A stretch of DNA of 64,000 nucleotides from contig JBKBYA010000001.1 of the NCBI GenBank assembly GCA_046313635.1, positions 831,481-895,480 on the forward strand. Reading direction: 5' to 3'. Shown piece after piece: positions 1 to 9,594 of the stretch. The position numbers were made by a program, and so were the translations under genes. The DNA is from Pyrinomonadaceae bacterium. GTDB lineage: Bacteria > Acidobacteriota > Blastocatellia > Pyrinomonadales > Pyrinomonadaceae. The notes below the pieces were generated by a model. That model was not told where the DNA came from. It did no database searches and saw only the letters and a program-made list of their open reading frames with translations. Within the stretch, counting starts at the first letter, position 1; each line of letters starts with the position of its first letter.

Positions 1-364
1 GATCATGGCAAAGAAGCTGCTCGACGCGGGCTGCCCGGCCGTGATGCCGCTCGCGGCGCCGATCGGTTCGGGACTGGGCGTACAGAATCCGGCTAACCTT
101 CGCATAATGCGCGAGCAGCTCTTAGACGCAACGATCATCGTCGACGCGGGCGTCGGCGTGCCTTCGGACGCGGCGATCGCGATGGAGCTCGGCGCCGACG
201 CGATACTGATGAATACGGCCATCGCCGAGGCAGGCGACCCGGCGCGGATGGCCCTCGCGATGAAGCTCGCCGTCGAGGCCGGGCGGCTTGCATATCTCTC
301 AGGCCGTATGCCCAAGCGTCTCTACGCCTCGGCCTCGAGCCCGATCCAGGGCGCGATCAAATAG
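1..364 (+). CDS. thiG: thiazole synthase ThiG, C-terminal part (5' end outside window)
   Basis: [36 protein letters not shown] and ASASSP motifs. Confidence 0.95.
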   Translation, partial: IMAKKLLDAGCPAVMPLAAPIGSGLGVQNPANLRIMREQLLDATIIVDAGVGVPSDAAIAMELGADAILMNTAIAEAGDPARMALAMKLAVEAGRLAYLSGRMPKRLYASASSPIQGAIK

Positions 365-371
365 CGCGAGC

Positions 372-1094
372 TTAAAATTCGAATTCCGCGACGATCGGCA
401 GATGATCCGATGCGACCAGCGCGGCCCGGCTCCTGTGCACGGCCGCGCTTTTTAGCCTGAAGCGGTCGTCAAAATAGATGTGGTCGAGATGGACGACCGG
501 CAAAATGCCTGGAAACGTTCGCCGCGTGCCCAGATCGAGTGCCGGATCGACGCTGCGAAACCGCGAGCGAAACAGCCTCGTCGTCACGCCCGCCGTCCAC
601 TCGTTAAAGTCGCCGGCCACGATGCGCGCGCCGCGGAGTTCGGGCTGTTCGAGGACATGCGCGGCCAGTATCTTGTGGACCTGCTTGCGGCGCTCAAAGA
701 ACGACGTGCCCATGTGGAGGTTTGCAAAATGAAGCCGCTCGCCGGCCCGCGGCTCGATCTCGGTCCAGAGGCAGCCGCGCGGCTCGCGCCGCTCTACCGT
801 GATGTCAAAGTTGCACCATCCCGTGACCGGAAAGCGGCTCAGCGTCGCGTTGCCGTAATCGCCGCCGCGATGCTTGCGGTTCTCGCCCAGGCAAAAGTTC
901 ATCTCCAGACGGTCCGCCAAAAATGCAGCCTGGTCGTCACGGGCAAAAGAGTTCGAGTGACAGACGACCTCCTGCAGCGCGATGACGTCGGCATCGATCT
1001 CGAGCAGGACGTCGGCGATCCGTTCGGGCGAGTAGCGCCGGTCGATGCCGACGCATTTGTGGATGTTGTAGGTCGCGATGCGGATCGAGGACAT
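372..1094 (-). CDS. endonuclease/exonuclease/phosphatase family protein (YbhP-like)
   Basis: TYNIH, LQEV, GDFN and SDHLP motifs; start overlaps the cardiolipin synthase stop by 1 nt. Confidence 0.9.
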   Translation of the reverse strand: MSSIRIATYNIHKCVGIDRRYSPERIADVLLEIDADVIALQEVVCHSNSFARDDQAAFLADRLEMNFCLGENRKHRGGDYGNATLSRFPVTGWCNFDITVERREPRGCLWTEIEPRAGERLHFANLHMGTSFFERRKQVHKILAAHVLEQPELRGARIVAGDFNEWTAGVTTRLFRSRFRSVDPALDLGTRRTFPGILPVVHLDHIYFDDRFRLKSAAVHRSRAALVASDHLPIVAEFEF

Positions 1095-2590
1095 CAGTTG
1101 TTGCGGTAATTCTGCACGGCCTTGATCAGCGTCGGTATCGCCAGCAGCAACAGCAGCACGACGACCGTGTAGGCCGCCCCGCGCGGGAAAAAGACAAACA
1201 GGACGGCGAGCATCAGCAGCGCCGTGCCGGCGATAAAGAGCAGCCGCGACTCGGCCGGCCCGAGCTGCGAGCGGTTGGCGAGCGCGGTGCTGATCGACGT
1301 CGCGGCGTTGAGCGCTCCGGCCGTCGCCTTTCGCATGCTGCCGTTGCCGCGCCGGATGCGCCGCCGGCGCCGTTGGCCGCGGCGGGCAGGCTTCGCCTTT
1401 CGCGGCACCTTTTTGGGCTCGACATCGGCGAGGACGATCTCGGTCGAATTCGCCATGTCTATCTCAAATTGCTCTTCCATCCGGTAGGCAAATTCGTCGT
1501 CCTCGACCAGCACGTCGAGCTCGTAATTTCCAAACCAGCTAACGACATTCAGATTTGTCGAGCCGACACGCGAAAAGCGGCCGTCAAAGACCGCGGTCTT
1601 GGCGTGCATCATCGGGCCGTTCCATTCAAAGACGCGAATGCCGGCCTCGAGCAGCGGCCTGTATGTCGAGCGTGTCGTCTCGCGGATGATGCCGATGTCG
1701 GTCGACTGCGGCACGAGAATGCGGACGTCGACGCCGTCGGCCGCAGCGTCCTTGAGCGCCTGCAGGTATGACGGTATGCCGACAAAATACGCGTCGGTCA
1801 GCCACATCCTTTCGCGCGCCGCGACGGCGAGCAGCTGATCGGTCCGGTAAAGATGCGCCGTTCCGGGCACGCTCTGCACGACGCGCAGGGCGACCGTGCC
1901 GGCCGGCCCGATCTCGTCGCGCCGGGTGAGCGAGGCCTGATCGAGAGGCGAGCCCATCGTCGCCCAGACCTCGGCAAACGCCGCCTCGACGTCGGCCACG
2001 GCCGGGCCTGTGATCTTGACGCCGGTATCGCGCCAAGGCGGGATGTCGCGGTCGGGCCGGCCGACCCATTCCTGGCCGACGCATAGGCCGCCGACGAATG
2101 CGACGCGGCCGTCGACGACGATCGTCTTGCGGTGGTCGCGGCTAAAGAAGGCGAGCGGGTCGAGCAGGCGCGGCGGGTTGTAGCAACGCACGTCGACGCC
2201 GCCGCGGCGCATTCGCCGCCAAAATGATCGCGACGCGTTGCCGAGGCCGCCGAGCCAGTCGTAGATGAGCTTTACCTCGACGCCCTCCCGAGCTTTTTCG
2301 ATCAAAGCCTCGGCAAAGATCTCGCCCTGCTCGTCCTCGTGGATGATGTACGACTCGAAGAGGATCCGGCGCTCGGCCGACCGGATCGCCGCGAGCCATT
2401 CGGGATAGTTCTCGGTCGCGTCGATGAGCAGCCGCACGTCGTTGCCCCGGACGAGCTCGGCCCCGGTGACGCGATCGAATGAATCGCTTATAAAATCGGC
2501 GTCGAGCGGCGGCAGAACGGAGCCGGCGGCTCCGGGGATTTTTGAGTATTTCCGTCTGGGGACGGCGGTATCGGCGGCACGCGAGGCCAT
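1094..2590 (-). CDS. cardiolipin synthase (ClsB-like phospholipase D family)
   Basis: Two HKD motifs (RDHRKTIVVDG, HAKTAVFDG); start placed at ATG 2590 because the longer ORF overlaps moaD. Confidence 0.88.
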   Translation of the reverse strand: MASRAADTAVPRRKYSKIPGAAGSVLPPLDADFISDSFDRVTGAELVRGNDVRLLIDATENYPEWLAAIRSAERRILFESYIIHEDEQGEIFAEALIEKAREGVEVKLIYDWLGGLGNASRSFWRRMRRGGVDVRCYNPPRLLDPLAFFSRDHRKTIVVDGRVAFVGGLCVGQEWVGRPDRDIPPWRDTGVKITGPAVADVEAAFAEVWATMGSPLDQASLTRRDEIGPAGTVALRVVQSVPGTAHLYRTDQLLAVAARERMWLTDAYFVGIPSYLQALKDAAADGVDVRILVPQSTDIGIIRETTRSTYRPLLEAGIRVFEWNGPMMHAKTAVFDGRFSRVGSTNLNVVSWFGNYELDVLVEDDEFAYRMEEQFEIDMANSTEIVLADVEPKKVPRKAKPARRGQRRRRRIRRGNGSMRKATAGALNAATSISTALANRSQLGPAESRLLFIAGTALLMLAVLFVFFPRGAAYTVVVLLLLLAIPTLIKAVQNYRNN

Positions 2591-2651
2591 AATTACAGTT
2601 GAATTATACAGTCCGCAATAATTTTGACAGAATGGTTCTCGGTTTGCGGTC

Positions 2652-2891
2652 ATGAAAGTGAAGGTCCTGTTTTTTGGAGCGACGGCCGACGCGGCCGGGA
2701 GGCGTTCGATCGAGATCGACGTGCCCGAGGCGTCGACGAGCGGCAGCGCGTTTGAACGCGTCGTCGGACAATATCCTGCGCTCGCGTCGCACAAACTGCT
2801 TTTTTCGGTAAATCAGGAATACGCCGCGGGCGACGAGACGTTACGACCCGGCGACGAACTCGCCGTCTTTACCGCGGTCTCGGGCGGCTGA
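2652..2891 (+). CDS. moaD: molybdopterin synthase sulfur carrier subunit
   Basis: 79 aa, C-terminal VSGG, adjacent to moaE. Confidence 0.92.
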   Translation: MKVKVLFFGATADAAGRRSIEIDVPEASTSGSAFERVVGQYPALASHKLLFSVNQEYAAGDETLRPGDELAVFTAVSGG

Positions 2892-2904
2892 ACGCTTTGA
2901 AGCG

Positions 2905-3324
2905 ATGGATTTTTTTGAACTGACCACGCAGCCTATCTCCGTCGAGTCGGTCGCGCGGCGCGTCGTGTCCGAGGAGTGCGGAGCGACCGTCACGCTCGAC
3001 GGCTACGTTCGGCGTTTCACGCGTGGGCGCGAGACGCTGCATCTCGTCTACGAAGCGTACGAGCCGATGGCTCTCAAGGAACTCGAGAAGCTCGTGCGCG
3101 CGGCGCACGCGCGGTTCGAGATCTCGTCGGTCGGCATCGCGCACCGTCTGGGCCGGCTCGAGATCGGCGAGACGAGCGTCGTCATCTCGGTCGCCGCGCC
3201 GCATCGCCGTGCGGCCTTCGAGGCGTGCGAGTGGATCATCCGCGAGCTCAAGCGCACGGTGCCGATCTGGAAAAAAGAGGTCTACGCCGACGGCGAGAAC
3301 TGGGTCGAGGGCGAAGCCGTGTGA
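2905..3324 (+). CDS. moaE: molybdopterin synthase catalytic subunit
   Basis: YEAYEPMA, HRLGRL, PHRRAAFEAC and PIWKKE motifs. Confidence 0.95.
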   Translation: MDFFELTTQPISVESVARRVVSEECGATVTLDGYVRRFTRGRETLHLVYEAYEPMALKELEKLVRAAHARFEISSVGIAHRLGRLEIGETSVVISVAAPHRRAAFEACEWIIRELKRTVPIWKKEVYADGENWVEGEAV

Positions 3325-3478
3325 GCCCGCCGCCGAGGCTCGCAAGACGGCCTCGCGCACGGCTTGCTCGCCGCCGCCGCATCGAATAAGATTCTCGCTT
3401 CCTGACAGCCCCTTTTTACTTTAGGCCCCGATCAGCAAGGTTTTTGCAGCTCGAGCATTCGAGCTCTGAGAGAACGTT

Positions 3479-6400
3479 ATGCACAAAATTTCAACCGTCA
3501 TTCTCACGCTTTTATTACTGGCCGCGTCGGCGCTCGCGCAGTCGCAGTCGACAACCGGAAATATCGAAGGCCGCATCACCGACCCGAACGGTGCGGGCGT
3601 GCCCAACGCGACCGTCACCGCGACCAATCAGGACACCGGATTCGGCAAGTCGGTGCAGTCCGACTCCGAGGGCAACTACACGATCGTGCTGCTGCCGCCG
3701 GGCAGATACACGGTCGAGGTGCCGTCGGGCCAGGGCTTTGCACCGGCCAAGTACGAGAACGTATTGGTGACCGTCGGCGCCAAGACCAACGTCGCCATCG
3801 CGCTGACGATCGGCTCGACGGCCAACGTCGTTGACGTCATCGCCGAGGGCCAAGGCGTCGAGACGACCCGCACGTCGATCTCGTCCACCGTCGACGAGCG
3901 CCGCGTCATTAACCTGCCGACCAACGGCCGCAACTTTTTGGATTTCGTGACGCTGACGCCCGGCATCAATCGCGACCCGACGCGTGCAGGCGACCTCGCT
4001 GTCGGCGGTCAAAAGGGAACGCTCAATTCCGTGCAGATCGACGGCGCGTCGAGCGACAACACCTTTTTTGGCCAGTCGACCGGCCGCGTCGGCTCGGGCC
4101 GCGCTCCGTCGCAGTTCTCGGTCGATACGGTCAAGGAATTTCAGGTCAACCAAAACGGCTTCTCGGCCGAGTTCGGCCGTGCGGCCGGAGCGGTGATCAA
4201 CGTCGTGACCAAGTCTGGAACTAACAAGTTCACGGGCAGCGCCTTCGAGTATCTTCGCGACGAGTCGCTGAACGCAAAGAACCCGTCCTTCACGCCCGCG
4301 CGTCCCAAGCCTTTCGGGCAGATCAACCAGTTCGGCGGCACCTTTGGCGGGCCGTTCAAAAAGGACAAGGCATTCTTTTTCGTCGCCTACGAAGGCCAGC
4401 GCTCGGACCTGCCCAATCCGGTCATTCTCAACTCGCTCTCGACCGCTCCGGCGGCCGTCCGGACGTTTCTGCAGCCGAAGGTCGCGTCCTACAACATCGA
4501 CCGCGTGCAGGACACCTTCCTGGCAAAGACAGACTTTAATATCGACGCGAACAACCAGGTCTGGGTGCGCTTTAACCAGCAGAATTTCAAGGGCACCAAT
4601 CTCGAAAACTCGGGCACGCTCAGCGCCGAGGAGCACACCGGCAACAGCAACGTAAAGACCTCGACCTTGACCGCCAACTGGACGCACACGATCTCGGCAA
4701 AATGGTTCAACGAATTTCGCTTCCAGTACTCGCGCGATCGGCAGCCGGGCCTCGCCAACTCGAATGATCCCGAGACCAACATCACGGTCTCCGAGGGTAC
4801 ATTCGCCTTCGGCCGCAATAACTTCAGCCCTCGCGAGACGACGATCAATCGATTGCAGTTCATCGACAACCAGACCGTGATCGCCGGCGACCACACGATC
4901 AAGTACGGCGCCGACCTGCTGTTTGACCGGATATTCAATTTTTTCCCGGGCCTGTTCGGCGGCTCGTACACGTTCTCGAGCTACGCGGCATTTGACGCAA
5001 GGACGCCGTCGCGGTACCGCCAGAGCTTTGCGGGCCAGGGCACGACTGGCGCCGAGACGCATCCCGACAACAAGGAGTACGGGTTCTTCATTCAGGACGA
5101 TTGGCGCGCGACCCCGAAGCTCACGGTCAACGCCGGCCTCCGCTACGACTATCAGGTCATAGCCAAGCCGCCGATCCAGAACACAAATGCGGCGCTGCTC
5201 GCCGCCGGATTTGATACGAGCTTTCAGCCGAAGGACAAGAACAACTTCGGCCCGCGATTCGGGCTCAGCTATGCGTTTAACGAGCGAACGGTCGTCCGCG
5301 GCGGATACGGCATCTTTTACGGCCGCACGCCGGCGATAATGACCGGCACGGCACACTCGCAAAACGGCATACAGGTCGTCGCGATCGACATCAACTGCAC
5401 GGCCACGCCGACGCTCTGCCCGACGTATCCGAACGTCTTCTCATCGATCCCGACCAATGTCGCGGCCGTCACGCCGAACCTGTATCTGTTTGCACGCGGC
5501 TACAAGCAGCCCTTTACGCACCAGGCCCGCGCGCAGTTCGAGCGTGAGCTGTGGAAGAATACGGTCTTTTCGGTCCAGTACACGCTGTTTCGCGGCCAGG
5601 ACCTCACCCGCACGCGCAACGCGAACCTGAGCGCTCCGGTGCCGACGACATATACGGTCTACGTCAACGGCGTCGCGACAGGCGAGTCGTACACCTTCCA
5701 ACGCTTCTCGAATCCGCGGCCGATACCGCAGTTTCAGCGGATCAGCCTGTTTGAGAGCGCGGCGAAGTCGTTCTACCAGGGTCTCACTTTCGAGTTCAAC
5801 CGACGCTTTGCCGATCGATGGCAGTTCACGTCTAACTACACGCTGTCAAAGGCCAAGGACAACAAGCCCGATCAAACGTCGGTCGTCGTCGGCGGCGGCG
5901 ACGACGCCAAGATCGCGCAGAACCAGTTTGACCTCTCCGGCGAATACGGCCGCTCGGACCTCGACATACGTCATCGATGGGTCTCGAGCCTCGTTTACGA
6001 GACAGGCAGATTCAAGTACTCGGACAGCAAAGTGCTGCGTGCATTGCTCAGCGATTATGTCGTGACCGGCATCTTCACGGCGCAGTCCGGGATCGCGTAC
6101 TCCGCGGTCGTGACCGGCGATCCGAACGGCGACGGCAACACGTCGAACGATCGGCTGCCCGGCACGGCGCGCAATCAGTATTCGACCCCGGCTTCGTACA
6201 TCGTCGATATGCGTCTCGGCCGCATCCTGCGGTTTGGCGAGCGTTACCGCGTGTCGCTTTTTGCCGAGGGCTTTAACATCTTTAACCGGCCAAACGTCTT
6301 TGCGGTCAATTCGACCGTATACTCTCTCGCGTCGGCGAGCGGTTCGCTGCCGGTACGGCTCGTGCCGCCGGCCGCGACGGCTCCCTTCCGATCACCGAGG

Positions 6401-6484
6401 CAGTTCTTTTCTGCTTCGCCGTCGTTCACATTCAACTCGAGCTACAACCGCGAATTCCAGCTCGGTATCAGATTCGATTTTTGA
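3479..6484 (+). CDS. TonB-dependent receptor, Oar-like, with N-terminal carboxypeptidase-regulatory-like domain
   Basis: Signal peptide, LPTNGRNF, SAEFGRAAGAVINVVTKSGTN, QDDWR, C-terminal IRFDF. Confidence 0.9.
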   Translation: MHKISTVILTLLLLAASALAQSQSTTGNIEGRITDPNGAGVPNATVTATNQDTGFGKSVQSDSEGNYTIVLLPPGRYTVEVPSGQGFAPAKYENVLVTVGAKTNVAIALTIGSTANVVDVIAEGQGVETTRTSISSTVDERRVINLPTNGRNFLDFVTLTPGINRDPTRAGDLAVGGQKGTLNSVQIDGASSDNTFFGQSTGRVGSGRAPSQFSVDTVKEFQVNQNGFSAEFGRAAGAVINVVTKSGTNKFTGSAFEYLRDESLNAKNPSFTPARPKPFGQINQFGGTFGGPFKKDKAFFFVAYEGQRSDLPNPVILNSLSTAPAAVRTFLQPKVASYNIDRVQDTFLAKTDFNIDANNQVWVRFNQQNFKGTNLENSGTLSAEEHTGNSNVKTSTLTANWTHTISAKWFNEFRFQYSRDRQPGLANSNDPETNITVSEGTFAFGRNNFSPRETTINRLQFIDNQTVIAGDHTIKYGADLLFDRIFNFFPGLFGGSYTFSSYAAFDARTPSRYRQSFAGQGTTGAETHPDNKEYGFFIQDDWRATPKLTVNAGLRYDYQVIAKPPIQNTNAALLAAGFDTSFQPKDKNNFGPRFGLSYAFNERTVVRGGYGIFYGRTPAIMTGTAHSQNGIQVVAIDINCTATPTLCPTYPNVFSSIPTNVAAVTPNLYLFARGYKQPFTHQARAQFERELWKNTVFSVQYTLFRGQDLTRTRNANLSAPVPTTYTVYVNGVATGESYTFQRFSNPRPIPQFQRISLFESAAKSFYQGLTFEFNRRFADRWQFTSNYTLSKAKDNKPDQTSVVVGGGDDAKIAQNQFDLSGEYGRSDLDIRHRWVSSLVYETGRFKYSDSKVLRALLSDYVVTGIFTAQSGIAYSAVVTGDPNGDGNTSNDRLPGTARNQYSTPASYIVDMRLGRILRFGERYRVSLFAEGFNIFNRPNVFAVNSTVYSLASASGSLPVRLVPPAATAPFRSPRQFFSASPSFTFNSSYNREFQLGIRFDF

Positions 6485-6510
6485 TGCCGGCGAGAGCTCA
6501 TTGACCGTGA

Positions 6511-6544
6511 GGCGGCAGCATCCGTTGCGGAGCTGCCGCCTTTT
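6511..6544 (+). terminator. intrinsic terminator
   Basis: GGCGGCAGC...GCTGCCGCC followed by TTTT after the receptor stop. Confidence 0.65.
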
Positions 6545-6579
6545 CGATCACCGAAAAGCCAAACAGGAGCAGCAGATCT

Positions 6580-6978
6580 ATGTCGCAAACGAATCTTGAA
6601 CTGATCAGAGGAATGTACGAGGCCTTTGCCGCCGGCGACGTGCCGACTGTGCTGGGTTTGATGGACGAGAAGATCGATTGGCGCGAGGCCGACAATTTTC
6701 TCTACGCCGACGGCAATCCTTATGTCGGCCCGCAGGCCGTGCTCGAAGGGGTCTTTATGCGACTCGCGAACGACTGGGACGACTTCGCCGTGCAGCCTGA
6801 AGAGTGGTTCGACGCAGGCGATACGATCGTCGTCTGCGGTCACTACACGGGGACAAGCAAAGCGACGGGCCGCTCGGTCCGTGCGCAGTTTGCCCACGTT
6901 TGGACAATGCAGAACGGCAAGGTCGTCCGGTTTCGGCAATACACCGATACCAGGCAGTGGGCCGACGCGGCGGCCTGA
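6580..6978 (+). CDS. NTF2/SnoaL-like protein
   Basis: YEAFAAGDV and HVWTMQNGKVVRFRQYTDT; AGGAG Shine-Dalgarno upstream. Confidence 0.85.
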   Translation: MSQTNLELIRGMYEAFAAGDVPTVLGLMDEKIDWREADNFLYADGNPYVGPQAVLEGVFMRLANDWDDFAVQPEEWFDAGDTIVVCGHYTGTSKATGRSVRAQFAHVWTMQNGKVVRFRQYTDTRQWADAAA

Positions 6979-6985
6979 GGGCCCG

Positions 6986-7525
6986 TCAGCCGATCGCTTT
7001 TCTCGCGGCGCGTGCGGCCTCGTCGAATTTGGCCTCGAGGCCGGCATTCGATCCTCTCAGGCCGGCAACGACGCGCTCGCCCCAATCGATGTACTGGCGC
7101 CGGCGCTCGTCTGACCAGTCCGACGGCGGACGTTCGGTGATGTCGACGATGTTGCTGATCTTGTCGCCGAGCTTGATCGTCTTTGCCCCGGGCGAAAGGT
7201 GCGGTGCGTGCTCGACCTGCAGGTCCTTGCGGCGCTGCTTCGGGAGCGATTTGTCGTCGGTGACCTCGAGCACGAGATCGCGGACGCGCTCGCCGAATCG
7301 TTCGGCAAGCTCCTCGGGCTTTGTCGCCGTGTCCTCGAGAGTGTCGTGCAGGATCGCGGCGATGAGCACGTCGATGTCGGTGACGCCGCCGATATTCGCG
7401 AGCAGACTCGCTACTTCGAGCGGATGATTGATGTATGGTTCCTGTGATCGGCCTTTGCGGTGCTGGCCGGTGTGACGCTTGGCGGCAAACGATGCCGCCT
7501 CGAGTAGTTTGGCTAGAGTGTTCAT
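6986..7525 (-). CDS. HD-domain small alarmone hydrolase-like protein (Mesh1/SpoT HD family)
   Basis: HTGQHRK, PYINHP, AAILHDTLEDT and IKLGDKISN motifs. Confidence 0.88.
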   Translation of the reverse strand: MNTLAKLLEAASFAAKRHTGQHRKGRSQEPYINHPLEVASLLANIGGVTDIDVLIAAILHDTLEDTATKPEELAERFGERVRDLVLEVTDDKSLPKQRRKDLQVEHAPHLSPGAKTIKLGDKISNIVDITERPPSDWSDERRRQYIDWGERVVAGLRGSNAGLEAKFDEAARAARKAIG

Positions 7526-7547
7526 ATTCCAGTCTGCCGATGGATGC

Positions 7548-7583
7548 AAAAAAGGTCAACGCCCGCAGGTGTTGACCTTTTTT
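7548..7583. terminator. intrinsic terminator, bidirectional shape
   Basis: AAAAAAGGTCAAC...GTTGACCTTTTTT. Confidence 0.8.
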
Positions 7584-7610
7584 CCTGAATAGCGCGGGCC
7601 TCTGCCGCGA

Positions 7611-9464
7611 TCAACGGACGATCTGAATATTCAGCGACTGCTGACCCGAGACGATGAAGTCGGCCGGCGGCAGCTCGACCTCGCTCAGTATCGACTGGAC
7701 GACCTGCGGTGGGCCGCCGGCGACGCGTTCGCTGTTCATTGTCGCCAGCACCGACGGCGGCAGATTCGGCATCTCGCTCACGCCGACCACGACGCCCGAG
7801 GTGCTGCGCGTCAATTGGACGTAAAGCCGGTCGGGCGTCTTGAGACGATTGACCGTGCTCACAAAGTCGGCGATCGATCTCGGCACGAATTGCTGCACAG
7901 GCGCATTCTGCTGCATCGCGACGCCGTCGCCGACGCGGATCGTCATCGTCCCCGCGGCCGCATCGGCCGGGACCGTGACGGGTATCCGCTGCAGATACGT
8001 CTTGCCGCTGCTCGTCCGCGCAAAGGCCTGAACTTCGACGGTCTCGCCGGGCCGCACCTGCGTGCGGTCGACGGCGATGCGCTCGAGCGTCGCGATGCGG
8101 CTGCCCTCGGTCGTCCGCAGCCTGATCGCGATGCCGCTGACGGCGAGATCGTCAAACTGGCTGCGGAGCAGCGCGTTCATCGGCAGCGCTACAGATAGAC
8201 CGGCCATGGGCACGGCCTGCGCTCCGGCGACCCGGCGTCGGAGCTTGATCGGCCCTGCACCGGCGACCTTGATATCGCCGTCGATCTCGATCGTCGCGTC
8301 GCCGATGTTGCGTTCGTTGGAGACGAGCGCGTTGACGACGCCGATATTGAGCAGGATCGGCGTCAGGAAATCGTCGTTAGCTATCTCGAAGTTTATCGTC
8401 TGCGTCTGCCCGCGGCTCGTCTCGAGATCGATCCGCACCGGGATCATCTTGGGCGCACGGCCGAGCGTGCCGAAGACGCCGGTCGCTCTGTCCTGCGTCA
8501 TCGCGCCGACCATCGCGTCGGGGACGGCGAGCTTGAACGAGTTGTTGAGGTTTGGTACGACCGTGACGACGTGCGATTCGGACATCGGCAGATCTGCCGA
8601 GCCGAGACCGAGAAAGGGATGTCCGAAGGCGTATATCTTCTCGCCCGAGCGAAGCGTCACGGTACCGCTCGCCGCGAGGCTGTAGTCGCCGCGCGCGAGC
8701 TGCATAGAGACCGACGCGCCGCCGAGCAGCGTCGCGTCGTCGGCCTTTTTGAGCGGGCCGCTCTCGGCGCGTGCGCCGGCGCCCCCGACGGGCAAGAGTC
8801 CGGCCCTCGAGAGCTGCGGAGCGTAAAGGTCGAGCACCTGCTGCGAAATGCCGGCAAACGTCAGAGGCGTCGCGATCGGCCGAAAAGCCTGGCCCGCGAC
8901 CGACGGCACGGCGGAGCCTGCGACGCTCGGCGGCGTCGATCCAAAGGCGTCCTCAAATTCGGCCGGCAGACGCGTCGCGGCGAGCTCGGCGAACGAAACG
9001 GCCCGCGGCTCGCGGGCGACGTTCTTATTCGACGCGGGATGCTGCTCAAATATGCCGATCATCTGCTCGATCGGAGTGATGCCGCAGATCGGCTCTTTGG
9101 AGAACGGGAAGCTGTACGAGATCGCGCCCACCAGCTTGCCGTCGATGTAAACGGGCGAGCCCGACATTCCCGCAAAGACAGCGGTGCGGTCGGCGGGGCC
9201 GCCGTTCAGACGGCCGACAATGAGGTCCTGCTTCGGGCCGATAGCGCCGGGCAGGATGCCGAGTATCTCGACGCCGAATTCCTCCGGCCTGCTGCCGCGA
9301 AACACGGTCCGAGCCGTCCCGCGCATTCCCTCGCGAAGTTCGCTGAGCGGAAAGAACGCAGGCGTTGCCGGCGAGGTCGAAGCGGCCGCGAGCTGACCGA
9401 ACGCAACGCCCGAAAACACGATGAATGCGGCCAAAATCAAAGGGAACTGAACTCGTCGGGTCAT
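7611..9464 (-). CDS. SpoIVB peptidase S55 domain protein, secreted
   Basis: AGMSGSPVYIDGKLVGA and AFGHPF motifs; signal peptide after ATG 9464. Confidence 0.88.
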   Translation of the reverse strand: MTRRVQFPLILAAFIVFSGVAFGQLAAASTSPATPAFFPLSELREGMRGTARTVFRGSRPEEFGVEILGILPGAIGPKQDLIVGRLNGGPADRTAVFAGMSGSPVYIDGKLVGAISYSFPFSKEPICGITPIEQMIGIFEQHPASNKNVAREPRAVSFAELAATRLPAEFEDAFGSTPPSVAGSAVPSVAGQAFRPIATPLTFAGISQQVLDLYAPQLSRAGLLPVGGAGARAESGPLKKADDATLLGGASVSMQLARGDYSLAASGTVTLRSGEKIYAFGHPFLGLGSADLPMSESHVVTVVPNLNNSFKLAVPDAMVGAMTQDRATGVFGTLGRAPKMIPVRIDLETSRGQTQTINFEIANDDFLTPILLNIGVVNALVSNERNIGDATIEIDGDIKVAGAGPIKLRRRVAGAQAVPMAGLSVALPMNALLRSQFDDLAVSGIAIRLRTTEGSRIATLERIAVDRTQVRPGETVEVQAFARTSSGKTYLQRIPVTVPADAAAGTMTIRVGDGVAMQQNAPVQQFVPRSIADFVSTVNRLKTPDRLYVQLTRSTSGVVVGVSEMPNLPPSVLATMNSERVAGGPPQVVQSILSEVELPPADFIVSGQQSLNIQIVR

Positions 9465-9594
9465 TAAAAACTGCTTCCTCTCAAACTGGGCTGTATGGTA
9501 ACATTTTGGATGGCTGCTCAACAGCTTTTCGTTCGCAAAAGCTTTCACAGTACATCTCACCGCTCCTGATCCTTTTCTGCAGTTATCCACACAT

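Noticed and set aside
3515..5362. Long antisense ORFs (also 23922-25565, 25595-27094, 60505-61692)
   Set aside because: Shadow frames expected in GC-rich DNA opposite clear genes
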